Program-made: the position numbers and the translations under genes
In this document: positions 36,673-46,601 of the stretch, one piece after another
Position numbering within the stretch: the stretch's first letter is position 1
Layout: the number at the start of each line of letters is the position of its first letter
The notes under the pieces: generated by a model
Seen by the model: only the letters and a program-made list of their open reading frames with translations
Databases searched by the model: none
Told to the model about the DNA's origin: nothing
Assembly: GCA_965223845.1 (NCBI GenBank)
Contig: CBDCXR010000004.1
Location: 3,744,001-3,808,000, forward strand
Reading direction: 5' to 3'
Origin: Planctomycetota bacterium
GTDB lineage: Bacteria; Planctomycetota; UBA8108; SXIK01
Length of the DNA: 64,000 nt

Positions 36673-37878
36673 ATGACGCAACGACCTCGGGTCTCGCGCG
36701 AGGGAGCTCCCCTCGGCGCGAGTACACGCGCGGTGCACGCCGGCGCCGAGCACAACCGAACGAACGCCGTTTCGAGCCCGATCTGGCAATCGTCGACCTA
36801 CCGACTCGAGTCCGCCGCACGCGGCGCGGAATTCGCGCAGGCGAGCGCGCCGGCCGAGTTCTACACGCGCTGGGGCAGCCCGAACGTCAAGCAGCTCGAG
36901 GCTGCCGTGGCCTCGCTCGAGGGCACACCGGCCGCACTCGCGGTGTCCTCGGGCATGGCGGCGGTCAGTCTCGCGATGCTGACCGAGCTCAAGGCGGGCG
37001 ATCACATCGTGGCGGGGCGCTCGGTCTACTCGGGGAGCGTCGAGCTGGTGAACAGCGTACTTCCCGAATTCGGGATCGATGGCGACCTAGTCGACGCGAC
37101 GAACCTCGACGCGGTGCGGGCGGCGCTCACCGAGTCGACGCGCCTCATCCTCATCGAATCCCCCACCAACCCGAGGCTCGAGCTCTGTGACCTCCGCCGC
37201 GTCGCAGAGCTCGGCCGCGAGCGCGGCGTCACGACGGCGATCGACAACACGTTCGCGACGCCGATCCTCCAGCGCCCCTACGAGCTGGGTTTCGACATCG
37301 TGATTCACTCGGCGACGAAGGGGATCAGCGGCCACTCCGACGCCACGGGAGGCGTCATCTGCTCCGACGACGAACGGATCCAGCGCGCCTGGTACCTCAT
37401 GAAATTGTTCGGAAACTGTCTGAGCCCATTCGAAGCGTGGCTCATTCGGCGTGGACTCAAGACTCTACCTCTCCGCATCGAGCGTCAGAGCACGACCGCG
37501 CTCGCGCTCGCGCGTGCGCTCGAGAGCTCGCCAAAGGTAAAGCGCGTCCACTTTCCCGGGTTGGAATCCCACCCGCAGCACGCGATCGCGTGCGAACAGA
37601 TGGCGGGCTTCGGGGGGATGCTCGCAGTCGAAGTCGACGCCGACGAGGAACGGACGGCGAGGTTCGTCGAGTCTCTCGAGGTCGCTACGCTCGCGGTGAG
37701 CCTCGGGGGACCCGAGACGCTCGTCGAGCACCCCGCATCGATGACGCACGCGACGATGTCAGCGGAGGAACGCGCGGCCGCGGGGGTCGATGCCGGGCTG
37801 CTCCGGATCTCGGTCGGACTCGAAGACCCGGACGATCTCATCCGCGACTTCGAGCTCGCGATCGCGCGAGAGCTGTAG
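36673..37878 (+). CDS. Cys/Met metabolism PLP enzyme (cystathionine gamma-synthase/lyase or methionine gamma-lyase)
   Basis: PIWQSSTY, YTRWGSP, SSGMAA, ESPTNP, DNTFATP, HSATK, RGLKTL, AVSLGG.ETL, RISVGLED. Confidence 0.95.
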   Translation: MTQRPRVSREGAPLGASTRAVHAGAEHNRTNAVSSPIWQSSTYRLESAARGAEFAQASAPAEFYTRWGSPNVKQLEAAVASLEGTPAALAVSSGMAAVSLAMLTELKAGDHIVAGRSVYSGSVELVNSVLPEFGIDGDLVDATNLDAVRAALTESTRLILIESPTNPRLELCDLRRVAELGRERGVTTAIDNTFATPILQRPYELGFDIVIHSATKGISGHSDATGGVICSDDERIQRAWYLMKLFGNCLSPFEAWLIRRGLKTLPLRIERQSTTALALARALESSPKVKRVHFPGLESHPQHAIACEQMAGFGGMLAVEVDADEERTARFVESLEVATLAVSLGGPETLVEHPASMTHATMSAEERAAAGVDAGLLRISVGLEDPDDLIRDFELAIAREL

Positions 37879-37903
37879 TCGACGTTCCCCTCGCCGAATC
37901 GAC

Positions 37904-38710
37904 CTACTGGCAGGAAACGGTTCCGACTTGCACGCGCAGCTCGTCGAACCAGCCTTGCGTAGCTTCCGTAGTCGCGACGGGACCGTCGACGAAGACGCGC
38001 GCGACAGCGTCGATGACCGCGAAATCCTCGGGAAGCGAGAGGCCTTCGACCGAGACGAGGAGCGTCCCGTCGACGCGCAGCTCGGTCGAACTCCCGAGAT
38101 CGTCTCGACGGTGGGCGACCGTAAAGCAGTACCAGCTTCCGGCCTCGAACCCACGAAAGCTCTCGGCGTTCCCTTCGAGCGCCGCCACGATCCCGCGGAT
38201 CCGGACGATCTGCTCGGGCGAGAGCTCGTCGGCGTGCTCGTAGATCTCCGCTTCGACGTAGCTGCGCAGGAGCGAGAAATCGAACGAGACCGGCGCGTTC
38301 CACTTTTGGTACCACCGCGCGCCGATCGTGCTCGATTCGGCAAACGGCGCGACGATCGGAGCCGCGAGTGCCACGACGGCGTCGAAGAGGGATCTCGCGG
38401 CGACCGATACCTTGAGCGATCCGCGCCCGGAATACGCGTGCGCGATCGCCTTCGAGTGCGAAAAACCTTCGGGGAGATCGCTCGGAGCGCGCTCGAAGTC
38501 GACGACGATCGCCGAGAGGACTCCGCCGTCGTCGTCCGGCTCGGGAGCGGGTTCCGTCGGTGGCTCGGTCGGGGCGGGGTCCTTGTTCTTGTTTCCTCCG
38601 CGCTCGGCTCGAATCGAGCTGCTCAACACCAGCGCCGCGACGACCGTCCAGATCAAGAGTCGGTCGCCCCGTTCCCCGTGCGCGCATTCCGTCGATCTAC
38701 GATGGGTCAT
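37904..38710 (-). CDS. Hypothetical exported beta-rich protein (possibly LamG-like) with a Pro/Glu linker
   Basis: GAGGAG SD; hydrophobic LLIWTVVAALVLS; PAPTEPPTEPAPEP; GSWYCFTV..ELRVDG..WFDELRV. Confidence 0.65.
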   Translation of the reverse strand: MTHRRSTECAHGERGDRLLIWTVVAALVLSSSIRAERGGNKNKDPAPTEPPTEPAPEPDDDGGVLSAIVVDFERAPSDLPEGFSHSKAIAHAYSGRGSLKVSVAARSLFDAVVALAAPIVAPFAESSTIGARWYQKWNAPVSFDFSLLRSYVEAEIYEHADELSPEQIVRIRGIVAALEGNAESFRGFEAGSWYCFTVAHRRDDLGSSTELRVDGTLLVSVEGLSLPEDFAVIDAVARVFVDGPVATTEATQGWFDELRVQVGTVSCQ

Positions 38711-38801
38711 GGAATTCTCCTCGACTGAGCCGAGACCCTCACCAGCTTCCACCGCCCCTCCGCTCGCGGCCGCCGCATCTGGTGAGAAATCCGCACCGCG
38801 C

Positions 38802-38867
38802 CGCAAGTTCTGCCGACGTGGGCAACGCAAGTCACGCACCCGACGTATCCCGATCGACGCAAGTCAC
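38802..38867. repeat. Direct repeats ACGCAAGTCAC x2 plus a partial CGCAAGT
   Basis: Copies at 38825-38835 and 38857-38867 (32-bp period); partial copy at 38802-38808. Confidence 0.6.
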
Positions 38868-39061
38868 CTCGAACGACCGAACTACGTTCGAACGGCGACG
38901 CCGAGCCTCGCCGCCGCGGTCGAGAAGAAAGCGGGTCGGAGAGGAAAAACCCGGTCGATTCCTCGTGTTCGAGCGTCGAGATCGACCACCGAACGGAAGC
39001 CAAACCTCGGCCCGCGTCTCCGCCGGCTCAACCCGCTGGTGCCGCCGAGGGCGCATGCGGA

Positions 39062-40420
39062 TCAATGGCCGGTGCCGAGCACGGCAAAGTGGATCGCGAA
39101 CCAGGCCGCCAGCGCGTACACGATCCAGTGCACTTCGCGCGCCCGTCCGGCAGCGACCTTCATGACCGTGTAGGTGACGAATCCCGCTGCGAGGCCGTTC
39201 GCGATGCTGAATGTGAACGGCATCACCACGATGGTGACGAACGCCGGGAAGGCCTCGGTGATGTCACCCCACGCGATGCGCTCGATACTCCGCGACATGA
39301 GAAGCCCGACCGCGACGAGCGCGGGCGCGGTCAGCGGATGGAACACGGTCCCCCCGATCTCGACCCCAGCGCCGATCGCCTCGACGAGCGGAGAGAACGC
39401 GATCGCAAGGGCGAAGAGGACACCGGTGACGACGCTGGCGAGACCCGTCCGAGCCCCGACGTTCACTCCGGTGGCGCTCTCGATATAGCAAGTCACGGAC
39501 GACGTCCCGAGCAAACCGCCGGCGAGTGAGCCGGTCGCGTCGACGAGGAGGGCCCGTCCGAGCTGAGGAAAGTTTCCGCGGTCGTCGAGCAGCTTCGCTT
39601 CGGCGCCTACGGCATACAGCGTTCCCATCGCGTCGAACAGGGCGAAGAAGAGAAGCGTCAATCCGAGGACGATCGATTCGGGACGCAACGCGCTGGCGAT
39701 GTCGAGCTCCGCTCCGGGCAGCTCCCACGTCGGCGAACGGACCCATGACTCCCCGAACGAGACGAGCCCGGACATCCATCCCGCGGCGACCGTGACCGCG
39801 ACGCCCCAAAAGATCGCGGTTTGAACGCGTCGGGCGATGAGGACGAGCGTGACGGCGATTCCGCCGAGGGCGACGCGCGCGTGCGTCGAGCTCAGATCGC
39901 CGATCGTGACGAGCGTCACGGGATGCTCGACGACGATTCCGCCGTCCTTGAGCCCGATGAACGCGATGAAGAGACCGATCCCAACCGCGGCGGCGAATCG
40001 GAGAGACGTGGGAACGGCCCGCGTGAGCGCCGCGCGCACGCGCCCGATCGTGAGCGCGACAAACACGATGGAGACGAGGACGACGAGTCCGAGTCCGGCC
40101 TCCCAGGGAAGAACGGCGCCGATCGTGAACGCGAAGAACGCGTTCAGCCCCATGCCGGGCGCAAGCGCGACCGGGAGTCCGGCGACGAGCCCCATGAGCA
40201 CCGTCGCAAACGCGCTCGCGAGCGCCGTCGCGAGAAACGCACCACCCGTCGGCACGCCAGCCTCGGAGAGGATGACGGGATTCACGACGAGGATGTACGC
40301 CATCGTGAGAAACGTGGTGAATCCGCCGAGACACTCCCGCCCGATCGTAGAATCGCGCTCGCGGATCCGAAAAAACCGCTCTAGCGGGTTCGATCCGCGA
40401 CCCGACATCGCTTCGGGCAT
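39062..40420 (-). CDS. NCS2/AzgA family nucleobase (purine) permease
   Basis: TTFLTMAYILVVNP, APGMGLNAFF, GIGLFIAFIG, FDAMGT, YIESATG..GARTG, PFTFSIANG. Confidence 0.95.
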   Translation of the reverse strand: MPEAMSGRGSNPLERFFRIRERDSTIGRECLGGFTTFLTMAYILVVNPVILSEAGVPTGGAFLATALASAFATVLMGLVAGLPVALAPGMGLNAFFAFTIGAVLPWEAGLGLVVLVSIVFVALTIGRVRAALTRAVPTSLRFAAAVGIGLFIAFIGLKDGGIVVEHPVTLVTIGDLSSTHARVALGGIAVTLVLIARRVQTAIFWGVAVTVAAGWMSGLVSFGESWVRSPTWELPGAELDIASALRPESIVLGLTLLFFALFDAMGTLYAVGAEAKLLDDRGNFPQLGRALLVDATGSLAGGLLGTSSVTCYIESATGVNVGARTGLASVVTGVLFALAIAFSPLVEAIGAGVEIGGTVFHPLTAPALVAVGLLMSRSIERIAWGDITEAFPAFVTIVVMPFTFSIANGLAAGFVTYTVMKVAAGRAREVHWIVYALAAWFAIHFAVLGTGH

Positions 40421-40839
40421 CAGATCTCCTTCCAGACCTTCGCGAGGCTCTCACCGTAGACGCCGAGGTCCCACTCGCAAAAGTACCCGAAGGGAGTGTT
40501 CTCGACCTCGTACCCGGTCGAGCGAAGTCGTTCCGCGAGATCGCTCATGAATGAGCTCGCGAACTCGGGCGACGAGTTCGTGCCCCCGAGATGCGTGAAG
40601 GAATGGAGCACGACGCGCTTCAGCTCGCGCTTTCCCGCGATCCACTTGATTTGCTTGAGCGTTTTACGGAAAACGCTGGCGGATCTCTCAGGGTCTTCGT
40701 CGCGCTCCTCGGCGTGAAAAAAGACGACGACGGCGTCCTCGACACGCCGTTCGTCGCCGGGAACGTCATCGACCTCGTCGAGAGTCTTACTGAAGGCGCG
40801 CCAAGTGAACCGCTTCGCCTGAAAGAGGAGGAGCTTCAT
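40420..40839 (-). CDS. Free-standing archaeal-type threonyl-tRNA synthetase editing domain (tRNA-Thr_ED, DTD-like fold)
   Basis: MKLLLF, AVVVFFHAEERD, VVLHSFTHL, GYEV..TPFGY, GESLAKVWKEI match the Pab-NTD-type pattern. Confidence 0.88.
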   Translation of the reverse strand: MKLLLFQAKRFTWRAFSKTLDEVDDVPGDERRVEDAVVVFFHAEERDEDPERSASVFRKTLKQIKWIAGKRELKRVVLHSFTHLGGTNSSPEFASSFMSDLAERLRSTGYEVENTPFGYFCEWDLGVYGESLAKVWKEI

Positions 40840-40921
40840 CGGCCGCGTATCATAGCGGCGGAGTCAGCCCTTGGAAACCGGTCGAGACGACGTCGGCATC
40901 GCTCGCGGTGATCTGCGCGAT

Positions 40922-41938
40922 CTACACGGCGCTCGCCGCTCGGCGTCGACCGTCCGCCTGGGCGATGACCTGTTCCGCCTCGCCGACGTCCACCGCGCTT
41001 CCGATGAAGAGCGGAGTCCGCTCGTGCAGGGCGTCCGGCTCAGCATCGAGAACACGGCTCGTGCCGGTCGACGCTCGACCGCCGGCCTGCTCGACCAAGA
41101 AGCCTAGAGGGTTTCCTTCGTAGAGAAGGCGCAGCTTGCCGCGCTCGTTCTTGTCGTCGGCCGGATAGAGGAACACACCGCCGTAGAGGAGGTTGCGATG
41201 GAAGTCCGCAACGAGTGAGCCGACGTAGCGGAGGCTGTACGGCATCGCGCCGTCCGCACCGGTGAGACGATCGACGTACGTCCTCACTGCAAGCGGGAAG
41301 CGGTGATAGTTGCCGACATTGACACTGAAGACCTTGCCGCGCTGCGGCGTCCGGATATCGGCGTGCGAAAGGAAGAACTCACCCCGGCCGGGGTCGAGCG
41401 TGAAGCCGTCGACACCGCTCCCGACCGTGTAGACGAACATCGTCGAAGAGCCGTAGAGGATATAGCCGGCGGCGACCTGCTCGACTCCCGCCTGGAGGAA
41501 CTCGCGCTCTTCGAGCGCACCGCTCTCGGTCCGGCGAAGGATGCTGAAGATCGTTCCGACGCTCACGTTGGCGTCGATGTTCGAGGAGCCGTCGAGAGGA
41601 TCGAAGAGGACGAGAAACTCGCCGGAGTCGGCGTGAGGCGTCGCGATGACGTGCTCCTCCTCTTCCGACGCCAAACCGGCGACGCAGGAGATCCCGCTCA
41701 ACGTCTCGACGAGGACGTCGTGGGCATGGACGTCCAGCTTCTTCACTTCTTCGCCCTGCACGTTCGTCCCCCCGGCCGTACCGAGAAGCCCGACGAGACC
41801 AGCGCGGCGAACCTCCGACGCGATCTCGATCCCCGCGTCAGCCAGCGAGGTGAGGACGCGAGCGAGATCCGACGACGAATTCAGCGCTGCAGTTCGCACG
41901 CGGAGGTGTTCGGCGAGAGAGCTCAGTGCGTGGGCCAT
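40922..41938 (-). CDS. fbp: Fructose-1,6-bisphosphatase class 1
   Basis: NVQGEEVKKLD, ASEE, FDPLDGSSN, RYVGSLVADFHR, GKLRLLYE. Confidence 0.97.
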   Translation of the reverse strand: MAHALSSLAEHLRVRTAALNSSSDLARVLTSLADAGIEIASEVRRAGLVGLLGTAGGTNVQGEEVKKLDVHAHDVLVETLSGISCVAGLASEEEEHVIATPHADSGEFLVLFDPLDGSSNIDANVSVGTIFSILRRTESGALEEREFLQAGVEQVAAGYILYGSSTMFVYTVGSGVDGFTLDPGRGEFFLSHADIRTPQRGKVFSVNVGNYHRFPLAVRTYVDRLTGADGAMPYSLRYVGSLVADFHRNLLYGGVFLYPADDKNERGKLRLLYEGNPLGFLVEQAGGRASTGTSRVLDAEPDALHERTPLFIGSAVDVGEAEQVIAQADGRRRAASAV

Positions 41939-42492
41939 AGGGACGTCTCTCTTACTTTCGTGATTGCGATGCGATCGGGGGGGAGGACGACGAACGCCGA
42001 TAGGCGAATGATCGTGCACGCGCAACACCTGTGCCGGAGCGCGTCGAGAGTGGTCTCGCGCGTCGCCTCCGAGGCGACAGGGAAGCGCGGGACGGGTGGA
42101 CGAATTCTCTCGGGCGGGCGCACGCTCCGACCTCGCGGAGACGCGTAGATGGCGCCGATTTCAGGAGCTGCGGGCGAGCCGCGCGGCGCCGCGCACGACG
42201 CGGGCTCCGGGCGCACGCGGGCGCTCGCGCGACGATTCGGCCCTCTCGTTCCACCGCCCGGAGGCTGGTCCAAAGCGCCGCGCGAATGCCCAAGCGAGAG
42301 ACACCGCCCGGACGATCGCGGTCCGAAAACCGCCGGCAGTAGGCCGGGAATCCGCTCTTCGCCGAATTTCTGAACGCGCACGGCGGCCCGGTGCGAAGGA
42401 CGAGATGGGTGCCGCCCCATCGACGACGTTTCCCCGGCTTCGAAGCGTCGACGGCATCACGGAACCTCCCCACAACCGACGAGGAAGCAGCC

Positions 42493-44031
42493 GTGCGCAT
42501 TCCCCGACTTCAGCTCGCACTCTTCGCCGCGCTCGCCGCGGCCGCTCCGGTTTCGACCGCCACCGCGCAGACCACCGAACCGCCGGCTCTCGTCGCGGCA
42601 GTCACCGTGCGGAGCCTCGCGGACTACACGAAGGCCGCGCAGAAATTCGGAGAGCTCGCCGGTCAGCCCCAGCTCGGCACGCTCGCGGCCGGTCTCCTGT
42701 CGCAGGCGACGGGCGGCCGCGAGATTCAGGGCATCGACGCGCGTTCCCCCCTCGGGATCGCCTTCTTCGCCGCGGGCGGAAGCGTTCAGCCCGCGGTGTT
42801 TGTGCGAGTCTCCGACAAGCGAAAGTTCGGCGCCTTCTTCCAAAGCGTTGCGCCGGCGATCCAGCAGCGCTTCGGCCGAGTTCCGTTCAAGCTCAAGAAT
42901 GACTTCTTCTTCATCGGTCCAGCGCTTCAGTTCCTCCGCGAGACCGATCTCCCGGCCGAGGGTCGACTTCTAAACTCGCGCGCGCGATCCGATCTCGTGA
43001 GTGCGGTTCTCCACGCCGACCGCATCCCCGAGTCGGCCCTCACTTCGATCGAGCGGATGCTCCGGCCGCTCATGAAACCCGCCGCGCGAATCCCGGGCTC
43101 GGGGCCGGAGGCGCTCATGGATTCCCTCCGCGTCGCCAAGCGATTCGAGCTCGGAGTGCGATTCGACGCGGGCGAGCGAAACATCGTCTTCGAAATGTTC
43201 TACGCGCCGCGGGCACACACCGAAGAAGCGACGGTCCTCCGAACGCTCGGACGCTCCCCGGCGAAATTCGCCGGCCTCGTCGACTCGGCCGCGATCGGTT
43301 CGCTTCTCGTCCACTCGCGCCTCACGACGGAAGCTCGGGCGAATCTGCTCGCCATTATTCCGACGAGCGTTGGCGGCTCGAAGCCGAACGTACTCGCTAG
43401 CGGCGACGCGCTTCCGTCGCCGCAGCAGCGTCTCCTCGACACCCTTCGGGCGGAGGTGGAGCGCGGCGAGCTCGAAGGCGCTTTCAGTATCCGCGGCATG
43501 CCTCCCGGCCCCCTGAGCGCCGTACTCGCCTGGGGCGTCGCCGAACCCAGTCGCGTCGAGCAGGCGCTCGTCGACCTGTTCGAGTCCGCCAAGAAGTATG
43601 GCGCCGGCTCGTTCTCGTCCACCGTGACTCGCTTCCGGGATCGACCCGTCCATCGCGTTCAGTTCGGAAACGAGGATCCCAAGGTCGAGCGAATCTTCGG
43701 GCGTGGAGCCGCCGTCCACTGGACGACGACGAAGGACGCCGTGCTCTTCGCGTACGGAGCGAAGAGTCTCGAGGCTCTCAAATGGAGCCTCGAGAGGAAG
43801 TCAACTCCCCGACGCAGCAAGCATCTCTACGCGCCGGCGTTGTTCACGACGCGCGTCCGCCCGTGGCTCGATATTTTCGGTCCGCTCGATCGACGCGTCG
43901 AAAGCATGAAGTCGGCGGTTCGGCCGACGGACCGTCTGTTCATGGAATCCAGCCTGAACGGCGACGGGATGCTCACGCGGTTCGAGATCCCCACGGGACT
44001 CATCCGCGCGCTGGTGAAAGCCGCGAAGTAG
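42493..44031 (+). CDS. Hypothetical exported protein
   Basis: GAGG SD before GTG; Sec signal ending ATA-Q; about 512 aa of natural composition. Confidence 0.75.
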   Translation: MRIPRLQLALFAALAAAAPVSTATAQTTEPPALVAAVTVRSLADYTKAAQKFGELAGQPQLGTLAAGLLSQATGGREIQGIDARSPLGIAFFAAGGSVQPAVFVRVSDKRKFGAFFQSVAPAIQQRFGRVPFKLKNDFFFIGPALQFLRETDLPAEGRLLNSRARSDLVSAVLHADRIPESALTSIERMLRPLMKPAARIPGSGPEALMDSLRVAKRFELGVRFDAGERNIVFEMFYAPRAHTEEATVLRTLGRSPAKFAGLVDSAAIGSLLVHSRLTTEARANLLAIIPTSVGGSKPNVLASGDALPSPQQRLLDTLRAEVERGELEGAFSIRGMPPGPLSAVLAWGVAEPSRVEQALVDLFESAKKYGAGSFSSTVTRFRDRPVHRVQFGNEDPKVERIFGRGAAVHWTTTKDAVLFAYGAKSLEALKWSLERKSTPRRSKHLYAPALFTTRVRPWLDIFGPLDRRVESMKSAVRPTDRLFMESSLNGDGMLTRFEIPTGLIRALVKAAK

Positions 44032-44081
44032 CGGGCTCGGAGCGCTCAGGGGTCGGAAAAGAGCTCGCGCGGTTCGATCCG

Positions 44082-45245
44082 TTATCGGGATTGGGCAGCG
44101 TCGGGCCCGTGAACGAGTGGGCCCGCACCCGCGCCTTCGATCGAGTGCGCACCGGCGGGCGTCAGTCGAACGGCGGTCCTCACACGCTCGACGAGATTCC
44201 GCGCCGCGAGGCGACGCACGACGCGCTCGACGCGCTTCGGGCTCCAGTTGAAGCGCGCCGCGAGCGAGGCGGGGTCGACCGCTTCGCTTCCGCCGCTCAA
44301 ATGCAGCAGAAACAGTTGTTCGCGGAGACGCCGCGCCAGCCGGAGTCGAAACAGCGCTCGCGCCACGAGCCCGTACCGCGGCGAGAGGACGAGGGCGAGA
44401 AGGAAGAACACGCCCGCCATCGTCGCCATCGCAGCTGCGATCGAGCAGTCGATCGCGTAGGCGAGTGCGTATCCGGTCGCCGTGGATGCGATTCCGAACG
44501 CGACCGCGAGCGCGATCATGGAGCGCAGTCGATCGGTGAGGAGGTACGCGGTCGCCGGAGGAACGACGAGCATCGCGACGACGAGGATCGCACCGACCGA
44601 TTCGAACGAGCCGACGACGGTCACCGACACGGCGGACATGAGGAGGTAGTGAACGACGACGGGTGAGATTCCGAGCGCGGCGGCGAGCTGCGGATCGAAG
44701 CTGGCGACCTTGAGCTCCTTGTAGAACACGATGACGACGAGCAGATCGAGGATGAGGATGGCGAGCGAAACCCAGATCGCCTTCGGGCCGAACTCGGGTC
44801 GCCCGGGGATCAAGGGATCGATCGGTGCGAGACCGATCTCGCCGTAGAGAACGCAGTCGACATCGATGTGAACCGACGACAGATAGCGACTGAGAAGAAT
44901 GACGCCGATCGAGAAGAGGGCCGGAAAAACGACTCCGATCGAGGCATCCTCCTTGAGACGGCGGGTCCGAACGAGGAGCCCGACGAGAAAGACCGTCAAG
45001 ACGCCGCACGCGCCGGCTCCGATGAGCGTCAGAATCGGTGCGTGGGCTCCAGCGACGAGATACGCGATCGCGATCCCCGGCAGCACGGAGTGGCTGATCG
45101 CGTCCCCGAGAAGCGCCATGCGGCGGAGAACCAGGAACGAACCGACCAGCGCGCAACTCGACGCGACGGCGCTCCCGACGATGAGGATCACCCAGCGATC
45201 GGAGTCGAGGCCGAGGAACGAGCTGAGTCCGAGAACGAAGCTCAC
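44082..45245 (-). CDS. Mn/Zn/Fe ABC permease (TroD/MntD-like) with a C-terminal winged-HTH-like extension
   Basis: LRRMALLGDAISHSVLPG, EDASIG, YKELK..FD, VGAILV, PPATAY; tail VRLTPAG. Confidence 0.92.
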   Translation of the reverse strand: MSFVLGLSSFLGLDSDRWVILIVGSAVASSCALVGSFLVLRRMALLGDAISHSVLPGIAIAYLVAGAHAPILTLIGAGACGVLTVFLVGLLVRTRRLKEDASIGVVFPALFSIGVILLSRYLSSVHIDVDCVLYGEIGLAPIDPLIPGRPEFGPKAIWVSLAILILDLLVVIVFYKELKVASFDPQLAAALGISPVVVHYLLMSAVSVTVVGSFESVGAILVVAMLVVPPATAYLLTDRLRSMIALAVAFGIASTATGYALAYAIDCSIAAAMATMAGVFFLLALVLSPRYGLVARALFRLRLARRLREQLFLLHLSGGSEAVDPASLAARFNWSPKRVERVVRRLAARNLVERVRTAVRLTPAGAHSIEGAGAGPLVHGPDAAQSR

Positions 45246-46561
45246 CTTGCACCTCGTCCACTCGTCGTCTCGGCGTCGTTTCCCTCCCCGTCGGGGTTCG
45301 GGATCGCTCGGCCGTGCGGGTCGTGCGTCGGATGCCCCAGAATGCGCGCGAACTCACGCACGGCTTCGTCGCTGAGCGCGTGCTCCATCTCCTCGGCGTC
45401 GCGGTGGACGTGATCGGCGGGAAGGTCGAGTCTTCGCGTGAGATAGAGCTCCCAGAGCCGGTGCTTGCGGACGACGCGCTGCGCGGCAACGAGCCCGGAA
45501 GGAGTTAGGCGCAGTCCATCGGCAACGGTTTCGACGAGCCTCCGCGCTGCGAGCGCCTGCGCGGTTCGATCGACGACGCCGCCTCTCTGTCCGCGAAATC
45601 CCATCAGAACGGAACGAGGTACGGCTTCCTCCCAACTGCCGGTGCTCTCACCGCAGCGGTAGAGGTCGTTGAGCAGGTTTTCGCGGCGGATGCGCCGGGC
45701 GAGGCGACGGTGGCGCACGAACGCCCAAACCACCCCGCGCCGCGGCGCGAGCGCGGTCGAAAGCGCGAGAATCGCGCTCGCGACGACAACGATCGTGGGT
45801 CCCGTCGGCATGCGATCGATCGTTCCGCTCAGCGTCGCGCCGGCAGCGCTCGAAAACGCGCCGATGGTAGCGGCGAGAAGAAGCATGATGCTGAAACGGT
45901 CCGTCCACTGCCGCGCGGCCGCCGCCGGCGTGACGAGGGCGGCGACGGTGAGGACGACGCCGACGGTTTGCAGTCCGACGACGACGACTGCGACGAGGAC
46001 CACCGTGAGGAGGACCTCGAGAAAACGCGTCGGCAGACCGATGCTCGCGGCGAACTCGCGATCGAAGCAGAGGAGCTTGAGTTCCTTGTAGAAAAGGAGG
46101 ATGCAGGCGAGGACGGCGGCGCCGACGACCGCGAAGAGTACGAGGTCGCTCCCGAGCAAGGTGACGGCCTGTCCGAACAGGAATCGATCGAGTCCCGCCT
46201 GATTTCCGTGCGCCGTCTTTTGAATGTACGTGAGAAGAACAATTCCCACGCCGAAGAACACCGAGAGCACGATGCCCATCGCGGAGTCTTCCTTGACCCG
46301 GCTCCCGCGAGCGACCGCGAGCATGACGAGCGCCCCCAGAAGTCCCGTGGCCGCCGCACCCGCGAGAATCGCCGGAGAGCTCTTCGCGCCGACGAGCAGA
46401 TACGCGAGGCAGACCCCGGGGAGCGCCGCGTGAGCCAGAGCATCGCCGAGGAGGCTCTGCCGCCGAAGCACGGCGAAAACGCCCGTCGCACCACCGATCG
46501 TCCCGAGGAGGGACGTCCCGATGAGCACGTTTCGGAAAGTGGAAGATGTCAGCCAGTCCAT
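45242..46561 (-). CDS. Mn/Zn/Fe ABC permease fused to a DtxR/TroR-type repressor domain (YtgCR-like)
   Basis: LRRQSLLGDALAHAALPG, EDSAMG, LFGQA; C-terminal LTPSG..VVRKHRLWELYL..HVHRDAEEMEH..DPHG. Confidence 0.93.
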   Translation of the reverse strand: MDWLTSSTFRNVLIGTSLLGTIGGATGVFAVLRRQSLLGDALAHAALPGVCLAYLLVGAKSSPAILAGAAATGLLGALVMLAVARGSRVKEDSAMGIVLSVFFGVGIVLLTYIQKTAHGNQAGLDRFLFGQAVTLLGSDLVLFAVVGAAVLACILLFYKELKLLCFDREFAASIGLPTRFLEVLLTVVLVAVVVVGLQTVGVVLTVAALVTPAAAARQWTDRFSIMLLLAATIGAFSSAAGATLSGTIDRMPTGPTIVVVASAILALSTALAPRRGVVWAFVRHRRLARRIRRENLLNDLYRCGESTGSWEEAVPRSVLMGFRGQRGGVVDRTAQALAARRLVETVADGLRLTPSGLVAAQRVVRKHRLWELYLTRRLDLPADHVHRDAEEMEHALSDEAVREFARILGHPTHDPHGRAIPNPDGEGNDAETTSGRGAR

Positions 46562-46601
46562 CGCCTTCGCCCCGTCGCTCCCGCATCGTCCGAGCGACGG
46601 A

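Noticed and set aside
38802-38867. Direct repeats as a mini-CRISPR
   Set aside because: The repeat is only 11 bp with two full copies, and there are no cas genes.
41939-42492. 550-bp gap between fbp and the exported protein as a hidden gene or RNA
   Set aside because: It holds only low-complexity ORFs and short GC hairpins expected by chance; it is probably a divergent promoter region.
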